Below the pieces are notes generated by a model that worked only from the letters and a program-made list of their open reading frames with translations, did not search any database and was not told where the DNA came from. DNA of 64,000 nucleotides from Paraphysomonas bandaiensis. Taxonomy: Eukaryota > Protista > Chrysophyceae. The number at the start of each line of letters is the position of its first letter. The first letter of the stretch is position 1. The DNA is taken from assembly GCA_965644295.1 (NCBI GenBank), contig CBFFRP010000184.1, forward strand, positions 1-64,000, read 5' to 3'. A program made the position numbers and the translations under genes. Below are positions 63,401 to 64,000 of this stretch, in pieces.

Positions 63401-64000
63401 CCTACGTATGATGGCGGCAAGGTACATGACACTGAAGACGGAGATTCGAACACTGCCGGAACTATATGACGACCAATAATGCATTCATAACTTACAGATG
63501 ACATGAACAAAGATCCGAGTATATTAACCCTGGTCCCTCCAGTTACACTACCTGATGATGGAACAACATGTCTAATTCCAATCGGTCGCATAAGTACAAA
63601 AGGAAGTCCAAGATGACCGACGGCATCAGCAGTTACCAATGAAATACTGACGACATCAAATGAAAACGGCGTTGAAATATTCAGTGGACAGAGAACAGTG
63701 GTCGAATCTATAACACTCGCCATTACTATGTTCATAGCATTTTTGTTAAAACTACAGTACATTGCACTGTCGTAACCAACTCCAACATCAGTTGTTATGT
63801 ATATATCACTATATTCCCCAAGCAGTCCAACTGAAGGAGACAAGTGCACGGCACGTGGCATATCGAACACTTCAAAAGACGATTCGACAATGACAGCCCC
63901 AGCGACAACCCACGAAACTGTGTGTTTACCGTGTTCTAGCTCAGCGAATGATACATCGCAAGTAACTGAAGTATTCCCAACTGACGCAATCACTCTAGTT
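36487..64000 (-). CDS. Giant (>9,168 aa) multipass membrane protein: ~30 IPT/TIG domains, ~28 EVQ-type repeats, Cys-rich GCC2/GCC3 (ephrin-receptor-like) repeats, ~11 TM helices, cytoplasmic coiled coil; 5' end outside window
   Basis: Stop-free frame from 36487 to the window edge (ORF-track start is GTG; upstream codons are open). IPT motif xSxxPxxGxxxGGTxVxIxGxxF..CxFG..CxxPP..VSxNGxD. CPxGxYC repeats at ~45620-43990 and ~43380-43070. Hydrophobic helices at ~39940-38395. Charged helical tail ending KKVKKKK. Confidence 0.93.
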   Translation of the reverse strand, partial: TRVIASVGNTSVTCDVSFAELEHGKHTVSWVVAGAVIVESSFEVFDMPRAVHLSPSVGLLGEYSDIYITTDVGVGYDSAMYCSFNKNAMNIVMASVIDSTTVLCPLNISTPFSFDVVSISLVTADAVGHLGLPFVLMRPIGIRHVVPSSGSVTGGTRVNILGSLFMSSVSYECIIGRHIVPAVFESPSSVSCTLPPSYVGPIPIHVGIGGNIVSSSGVTFYYFADPSVIKVVPNEIPLEGGKVSVHGAGFSVPNTVAFCKAGTGVTTGVILSDNVISCSIPGRNFPGTLALQVSLNGNDFFPATPFEIVYHSHVVVNSISPYHGDISGGTVIEVRGESFPNRNDIRCVFGPLSSFARRISSSVLHCISPALSTPSKEMFSVTYDSSNFTTGMYFEYTTPFSISGVSSTDVSVVPSKGSFIAISGEGFGDYSERACRLGEYFLTAVFESSTRVFCMLPPLLRAGEMELEYTENGVDFRHVAHIFVYEEFSLTSISPDIGPATGYTVVHLSGIGFNPSFLYSCEFSGVSMLALPESTTAVSITCQTPPSLNSYLDSVVDVRVFCRNTSTYTTNSIPFLYSGRLRVDMMLPDSGIVDGGTVVKFSIKSPRLSNIVHIGTVRCMFDDFVSDALVVDPDANEVSCIAPIAHEAKFVVPKLTFNGHSFESTELQYEYYRHPEVLFVKPSSVFSSTRSVVTVLGGPFSPYTDWFCKFGPGLMNAEWVSNTTLKCPIKSDAVGLGTIDISRNEQDWIGSIDIQVVRAQYISSMTPSIISPCGTEVLLHGSGFVDSESTYVTIRSTSAFEVHLSVTYLSTNLLSFVMPVWASSKTPANDVELQLVALDTLSNVITFSVHEPFEIVSVYPAFGPSTGGSVTVELNTSIFQHSDYYVRLYAEIEKFVSISPEYVDVSAGLIVFASPPLNELNLSSALYNGTIQVSFEIVSDSGFVTNTGYYTYLGRVEYLSLSPKSIDERGGVVTIYGDGIPSVAQVLCQFGESVAVVSHRISPTLMECIAPPHKPGEVDVGISPNNGTDWVLINEKLNYVATSHMLQIFPTHGPLSGGTNVTISGIQLDAFSEWGDALPFCKFGNFEVGATVQSTWSLSCVAPEFRMSGQTNVTVSLRQPHGKKKQLVGDALSFTYYDEISVTSISPKEGAASGGTSLRIYGSGFIDSPFLSVRFISDGGVDIISQCIFISSSEIVVESPSNPAGNVPGFATVSVGNNGQDFTSDGPLFYWEHSLIVDSISPDMVFETGNTLLTLNGDGFVQTFPSHLFCRFDGVSIVGALFVSKQTIQCTCPPHTPGIVTVEVSMNGEDYVDVGNIEYAATPSVSDIWPLLGSWRGGTVVKFSSKGIAGLSAAVNCVFGRDSVPATVENDGGVFCSTPTYTNGFSSTSVSALLQVSTGGNSWVTVKNTQLFFKYTMDFVVDSTNPSYGPSMGGTAYNIFGTFDESISTISCRFGDSKPVVAAYVSRTQLICMTPPVEGDMLFNRKVVPVLLSYNMLDFDSTGFSFEYYSAVNITSITPAFGPVGGGIPITLSGVNFQSYKSAMCKFGVHTSPAMMISDNQVRCTLPRVGYSGVVSLSFSNNGVNFDPTSLSFRYHSGPGIITLYPQHGSITGHTVINLYGINFFPSLKWYCVFGNDVAVRGKYISRDTIECSTPEQLSQLSGDVSLKLYLLTNSTVNVFRVADGILTSAVEAAGELVFRYLKPARINRVYPQVVFSTGGQTVELYGDNFLGSSEMRCVWHGGEFLSVALYINDGGYVACDVPEGLPVGFVNLTISLVAEGVVETDSYVNLRVVDPPILASVSPVRVTKFTNVDLRILGSDILTNPPDPLCQFLHGDGEIVANSTAHISTEELIHCTLPPALPESREVQKVSIIGSPLSPEVQSIEVSALPDQPEIQRLRSSTWGVQYEEIELRIAAVIPERSRAVYQLETKVSPNSETQRIVVRPAAYVQEVQVINVSGTMLYYDNQRRPILDKGTISLEFGFWRAVIHWNETATRFQEILNTLFDVNDIMVNKRVSFDEDLAAEIVIASVSYEILFGVSCGDVAEATVSFVDIARALSISTSVETVVDGVACEVQDIEVLGANSGYFYLEYDSYVTDAIPYDASAKDLKMAVLSSFKNIPDLTVSRYDISETSFRWSMTFTENPGNLELVRPFNSTLGPSERAMVLTREVIPGQAKALSGTVYFSGATLLSTSSGFDLSSDISQMLTLMPDSIAVESEEHTALYVHNWLVLFDSDVGDVPTLEVDISDVSGNTPVVCSVTTVRQGTGPEKQLIEASCPDGFKSEPMFVSFNNEDSAEFIINGGSTNNISLALWMEEALESVMGVRDVSVTSTYTPSAIQWEVIFRDTPNIFGDIPLIDLRGSFCNTPTGFEVNTTRLSKRNLDQLGGWLSLYSESNAVSVPAHSTSDDIVNAMLRLGLGETIVSREYRDFGGFVWLIEFLELTTSDAMLTADGDQLKSNGDISINLTQISRPLEDCCLSGDVVVSISGSTNSARIFLNSSADYVKSEISSLVAIGPESLSVTERQRPAGGRSWYLSFYVFESYFDRLALSDGVPVALNGNTSRAGRGIHQLSPFLTPMTQRILIQVDSELGGYFRLGLGDLFTPQLSVNITYNVLEDHITRSLGLQNIRVRPVFYENTPGIPGDYRAWDIQLTSIAGKMEYFDCDTSLVTGSFTNNVVCEVNTTVDATSEPLSGTFKLFYNGKYSTDILHNASAAVVESAVEDLFGVDVNVTRHTFEIDGGYDWLITFLVNKGSEEPIVVESSMLNGTHARVDVTELQRGSVLAGTYSLSFGSRTSQPIAVDAPAEEVQDAIVGVVGAYEDDIEVILEELNVGRRYLVTFNHPVSDINLMKVDDSGILGSQASVRVYEVEKGVGTVEGTFTVSYMGETTDFMTIHTTAYEFSEALSALTTVGDISVSKKEFFYEEDNRVEWTVTFLTTGHPINGGNLPLMNVSDVFPRNDLTHSTVEEIQAGCCNIRLTYNDGLEASSHHLFIVVDDAPVVSNIFPSSGVVNGGVNVTLEGSGFVTADDQSTECLFGTLHVPAVIVNESFAHCVSPPHPRGSVIVSLKLHDSNVTNAVVARSSKLFEFENVMSLISLTPQYGQIDQSTDITIETQGIGTYSDSLLCVMNISLLSPILGTIPSLVVQVPANRLDDVYMTCSVPNIGHYFFDESNSEWYLNTNATAKVCITKNNQTYSNQLTFNLFSRPNVESIFPTLGAKSGGVEVTLRGSNFVQTPLAACSIGGTVFPANVLSSSIAKCTLGEMTVIPPTHEIKTLFPKIRHEVQEIQLWRYIRPLGSDAMNGMIRLLLEGVSSSPFNISSLSEATLENALVELPRVGSVIINQTFNGTKEHPLGVMCMYESYSIEFVSREDDVPPVVLSVTDATSWMTGDQISVRTLLDGGSDSAQPEVQSWKIVQNNIRQEVQQIIVESSEPTYEIQWVEVVGDSEISGSFSLSYHGARSSLLGATSSAIVVQAALRSLPGVGDVAVTRLRAESAYGYRWVVTFLDEDGQRPDIASHDIDLNSQTSYNLTTGIIQRGSMPFKGHFTISWGPTNAVGGYVSNTTATLPLDATSKDVADMLLLSFGLPVEVESSSSGKYFASWTITFPAEAGDAPPMQLAGSNLTGNGVNLRTEVVESGAAVIAGDYVLSLGGIQTGPILSNATREEIQFIMHNAFSPLIGNNVILVDEVVSTFYHKEWTVTFPISSGALDALLFADSSGIVGENVSVDVNVIVDGDYIPPHGYFSVFVNGDSSTEIEYNSSSDVMESAMEALNGINDVEVERTCGDLIHFDGVFVGCSWNITFLVVSTDSFDGVIYIELLSSDIGEYPTVLFHQEVQIGQGPFVPVEITLDGQHFTDDRILFELVEPIELYSLHPASGPIEGGTRIVIQVNEIFRPPNIFSNYDIRVVFNNYILPARYTSNSTVEFYSPPLLSGAASEEVLNTVALTLNGLEISDNVLQFKYYPAVDTFEITPSYGSIQGNTTVRITGSSIRGSEYALCSFDDQIVSAQLAIDGLIVCVTPSVPDPIVATVSFSLNGQDFLNNSVMTFEYHHLPVLSRIEPTRGSIFRDTNIRIRGQHFTLGDKLVQCRFGDTIVSATRYSDSIIHCIAPPLERKYEVQTVRLAALPYVEEVQRVTLATSPLTGDIMTIEVRGDSAVPEIGLLSVNVTDIDEVQKINLGVDLSPPVVGLLKVRDFGKRQEVQLLTTVVTPFKERQAVILRAPYNSHKSEYSEIQRIYVNESSPSNSVITVELDGSQVSFPANALPSTVEIALQGIPSAVGSVVTGFDSEFGSGFEVTFKKSFGDVNEFMLVNSSDIAEIVTISHGGWAAILNITLQGSSNTSNGYFRLGLDGMMTENIMHDTTASDMEAYLASVSTIGKVDVTLSIESDIPTWTITFLHRFGNVSALDVESYLDVGATVETRVVRTGTTRSISGTFELYFAGYKSGTLAVNSTADVVESALNSIPDIDVTVKKYSFINDGVMYLIEYNTPIGDVPPISLDSRGLSATSLNAAVVTQVNGSTIGGTFILYKMKSNELNERERVTAPPLNFDASATEVKDALVYIDSDFAQCEVERSEGPIENTFYWSISFPFFLGDIDPLLVNGAGLSGVNAAAFFSTLSDGRVAEVQRISTAGSSIVSGSFYLTLENFTTESIPYDCSAEELERILEELPNVGDVVVTRLSTGLLDFNTWGGEEQLVDLHLNYVRSVFQHEINTYAWMVTFVSRSGEIPLFTACCDEVSTEVYDDVTLYTKYSRDSEIIVARLVSATTERLHGNISLALRETFAYDDRLKEVVSSARNTELNQMLYEDVQTKYFAFNASAETVTAALAYMGYSGVYVEQVSIDENFHNSWLLEFNSSEYPVLDSFLTPDLIVEPSQIFPKYSRDSVQLIWRSDIPSHEIQAIPMEDSSSVSCDVLGYNGSYVSVNIPSGASLADVESAFAAHRAMIGNITVIRNSTMESWVIVFMSRIDNVPLMLCDVVTAIDIQNSTMRGLQGNVTLTVRLHDGEQFTTAPIPHDASAETVANAINTALSSNAVNVTRVVTAAGDRVEWEIRFTGNLVGGNMPLITLSTENMTGTNVYGDVEVIVEGSEPSGYLGFRNNQTDSGTVFVELSEDEMTVTSRMVAALESVANVTNVNVQRSGPFGDGSIAFNISYEFLQRREVIAVNSSLLTTSGSTSDYAVLQEGTESLHGVLEISLEPNLFSNMSFNLDVDAPASAMKAGLVMLNAEYQSTTVTKTEVVNKTHYKWEIEFGYGVPPPNVSVSTDGVFAGTNVSGHVTVMSTTSRALGGNFTLTYDGSDPTNLLFPTSSAADVANALNNLPTVSNVTVSKVVETFEESSWSITFTSLLHAKSRLRMLEVDGSRLNGTSATSSVAVDRAGSSTTVGHIRISGGGRGDDVETIDVMWYDVLIGSLRWNASADEWETLFSSSDTSAFVTVERVGLSNTTSDYLILLIPMLNSGEAYNAENIDFIPALSFNVSQTTLDISLSEYAEPTLDWGGGLFSVSMNEIGCEERSSGVYCHSELASEKSSYVAVGAPRSRIANAITTLRSVNDVTIVSSSLQGYVENLGFVLGGYSYDITFLEATANSTGSAVIDSSSFTWNIIAKAIEYSGSTYEVIDVPLLTPVEDSLGLGWHMDINTKQNGFDERNGSTVQVRVNLNGQDWSVDNVTFDYIPETEVYAIIPNHGPRRGGTEVLIHGKNFIKSSQLACRFGDRKDMVVPVAHYINSSLIICISPTSSERSVSLKVSNNGYFRDDPAENIVSEVQTVEEDYSSIIYSYDNEISITRLSPPLGPTSGNFSVLVSGGPFNETDELRCKFGSIAVQAFLKDVGNIQCYAPPHPAGVYPFEVSINDQDYTASRVPFFFYNDPALSRIFPVSGPATTAGSLVNVYGVGFVNSSRLTCRFGYSDIPGKFVSSNYIICPSPPLDEDTSGGLRLMALSEVRNRYPDPVWQGEDAFNSKGLPDRLLFPSAYRFPLYMSLLVTVEVSNNGQDFTDSGIAYLYQEDARVDSLLPNEGFIDTRNPVVIKGAGFVNSTQLRCRIGEFVSVPTFLSESLLLCFTARMPERQPDHAYLREYRSQSFNTPHERAAHTSPGIQPGEVFIEVSNNGQDYTNNRRVYTFNVKCETGHYCPQQSVIPCPAGTFCPGEFNTNFTLCPKGTYNPKVAQSDCLRCPVGYVCPEEGMQVPRICPAGFVCEVTGITIADNPCPEGHFCLEGTATSATTCGHPDLSSELYPSLSHAERTSTLRRGRIAYGHSLHLGARNEGCWTNETDDYGLQASDEPSRFWQERHLLPLATDSPFTPLRGRFCLDDTCLKYEDAEDFPATDYAFDYSASKFKLRRPVPCPAGMYCHPGVGVDEGNMKNFTTPQPCFESMYCPEGSADPVGAGECPQGFYCPFGVKLACPVGTYCPRDGHWDPLPCPPGHFNGQIAMLKCTICPRGFICPGFGRVGPAICPPGFACSEEGLRAPNHQCPAGYYCPNGTITADPFRNDTTLRPYPCSPGTYCLKGVGFAEVEKGNFRNAQLCTEGFFCEAASATPQGSGLCPTGFYCPLGTATPIPSPLGWYAELEGTIRPAQCLPGYYAPTIETTTCYPCPPGTSCVNEGQMIADLCVPGTFRSTVEEDGLPCVACPQGTWSKNYGLRERGECIRCPTGTVCAVEGMTMPCSWDDLPTPFEPIVKKDGNPVVEYYFGEFDMPPRYSDFECLKLNPGYSDGTLDPVNQIYFFGELVPPYIDILGRGAHFRTTDQASVKYQQQAKCYYNAQRLGSSLYQRISDYYGPTYFIQKGEEHQGYGTDVYDGFFGKGSMSIDLPHARRYEPAYNCTKGIRLMNASRYRESDTGVDEYVYTDPNYDPTGVQQYILRGLDVLYPGTCEADQICYQASSVSAESEAETCPEGFICDEMTSSERSTAYQCREGYVCDFGTTPDTNLPSALGQFKMLCPAGYVCGDGTGLGQAFRNECPADHFCPSGTGSATLGTRANDATNRNIDPETADPYRDTRNVAYIGNDDVRTLSLHDLRCKDGVDSELKLRYVVEWLPEGEELLNIHIEYLAEAVPGRAPYQNDSTLTGYDDGKYYRPSIVNQATSQNSMCARDHKWRLVDQAIFRAECDCATYFRVMMAIYRLWKCTSDVPLDDLGIGSINPPYTGNRDVWFERIHKTSTICEFSADMPDGKITMTSGALEFKDSKPSIGPRMNGTLNLNSGLEVQFTWTEMLNFSTYPELKSAVEAEWNNQLEEVGLSERTEMDPYTFDLYKSIRALEEFGERLEDLVWLEMQMSVTGDMELGPGRHDVCECERLHKCPNGTVSVVRSISVEDCLSTGVDVLRRVNVVPNWYNDSKPYLQNMTDFWELGGADSQLGEETYTVGTVVLEAFEVATFTLDMSGLETNLTYGDHYVWAVYVDCKPCPTRYICDYLSEPPVCTTPSLALQEEKYEECLNRYKLESCVMVNGTKVPCDSPYVDVRFMEPDLYKCRQIPFFCEDRTYPKLVWEIDTRNGPDGPIAEGADKQEESTWVEDEEWRLYSDPNYDFYEMTPGCCQCERHSLPYYFTSDRVDAGFPDNKHDFQQISIIALEHVELTVVMELLNGIYYTAFDGYVPNKGDINVHSPGRAKYTASHPSRAAFMAIINAEDFEFMEPPLNLPTEVYRLPGEPIGGAPGTTSVRFENKVLINRNSDLFVGDPQYSERYEARERLNYFDYIEQNPNSSLTFEEYVTVPDLEEVSEDLYAVPDPFTDVQQSADWFIVGDDTGENPYLGLPYFPFFSNCKGFDSYMSISKMLETHPDCKIIDYEVTKPVSQYIWDNQIYPTADKCYNVVPKDEVTRVINQKEVEWFTSKHRGAILECIFEEQIDVPAGQPRWFEMEGGEAIFYLTKEPVAPKDYESVFKQNPDFSRNYTKRWGRSSYLDKLRGTFEALPVTVDEEADGLNNVVPRQVRLTIQYYQVTQGYKRLVVAIISYLPDFQCHTLTSGSSEQKNLEKQGIPQCVTDFNEDIATSEYQLEIRYKALWWFELLNMFEFTADVYMFFFTMVGLLSITVAVIVWAINRALTKLRHPPAFHSYILYHIISEAPIVGCTLAVTPVLIGAVWISAWLSSYEDGGTLCSPDPVEEPSATCFEDIPGDWSDSLTLDLSRINLYRVGRMGTCFMGMGLYITFLSARLIIPKWTDEHGDDDVYAEEVIPDVQDGNGDEDELIAPSPIWTPMIWKRAHLMLASMLLELFMMVIIEFSFSSTFGDDVYMYIILFKVCQKWMDYFFEDMLKEMLMINPLVILYTVTEGLITMGADDFSDFILSYFVELCVMVVERMYLDPTIGEVNKLWPRWMMQLKRSYGSNRRMTREEKAEEELEWRRINEEIELESEGIEPLLDSFSGYSTEVSALFIFPIINVILLIFYDEIQIAPLYGILENQMIYYILFALYIIPFLLAMDVFLLNTQELVHGWKVYDYVSYQRYRFSVREHRWMLRSSLLDESISEGFQTLDMLCFSSQYYFIVTLFSMGMIMNIFGMTIYVKNLYNPFADPVACLLIVVMIIGGEIMGIVLRRLGDVKILRIGWRGMWVTKQIEGTVDDDVAAKLAIGEGRQQDLEQERMELQALNSERFRHRFLERNRPWILQHLVELITPRSLENPGHDGRPVVEYVRDVYAELMAMGEGMRRAGDREDISSDEEDELENARRNWSRQPLEGTNLAIARLWLAKARKRRAFAKLVRGIIDQHIKLACELCGRTPQVNNVRLVCHLATHGKPDPYAIDRLIAMFEDHYTPNELDPQLWKAFFRSHAEYCTRCTVCEDAIEQDRLMRAGREPGATRITRPEDISSDDEGDDQVFDPMVVNRNSPEGRMMSKWLDAARKKLGGSFPREDARKQMDKYAQRMRQLKMKKAKEAVGKVVSDAEKAAEMKKALEEQFGEVNVNAATTALAQRWIRLAKESLETKFRSRSEQIRQDLQTALSQMPETDDWYFGAAMRIEGNELLTRGQDLNNDRRTLEAEAAIKIRRVQTDLQDYVKDKEAQLDRERKAFELNIAAGNDRSTLEIETRQAELEKSKLEKRKEFDKEEKRARDEQGAAPTEMIQAHRAHIAELEQQARDEAKRARDGRASDVAQARVNFDRQEAIQNAEMSRRKALAADNIARIRSELAGRIKASESEWQNASAKWLTVANKKIQVKQKEDLEAKKVKKKK

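Noticed and set aside
36697-63484. Many short ORFs overlapping the giant gene
   Set aside because: Antisense or alternate-frame shadows with no recognisable motifs.
36487-64000. Bacterial or viral origin (contamination) of the intronless giant ORF
   Set aside because: GCC2/GCC3 Cys repeats, many NxS/T sequons and a eukaryote-style acidic/coiled-coil tail fit a host gene; no prokaryotic or viral neighbours are present.

Overview
Eukaryotic nuclear DNA with short GT-AG introns (about 40-300 nt). The gene content suggests a stramenopile (ochrophyte/chrysophyte-like); this is inferred, not proven. The first 29.4 kb holds 10 protein genes, mostly in head-to-head pairs: a Ca2+-regulated kinase with a CCaMK-like 3-EF-hand tail, a Ser-rich orphan, two coiled-coil proteins, an 8-TM Fuseless-like protein, an F-box-like/sulfotransferase fusion, a GH92 alpha-1,2-mannosidase, a CLC channel, a probably mitochondrial phosphoserine aminotransferase and PP1 inhibitor-2. 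This part also has a hAT MITE and a ~790-bp (TATG)n tract. 29.9-36.1 kb is a three-level transposon nest: a decayed copia contains a younger deleted copia with AG..CT LTR ends, which in turn contains a foldback MITE. 36.5-64 kb is one uninterrupted minus-strand ORF of more than 9,168 aa that runs off the window edge. It encodes about 30 IPT/TIG domains, Cys-rich repeats, about 11 TM helices and a coiled-coil tail. Most striking: three IPT domains at a spacing of three (nos. 20, 23, 26) are split by 575-1,500-aa inserts. In each insert the number of orphan 'EVQ' beta-strands equals the number of strand-less domain bodies, like balanced parentheses. This implies a nested, branched ectodomain on a channel-like membrane anchor. 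Exon boundaries and domain counts were read by eye.
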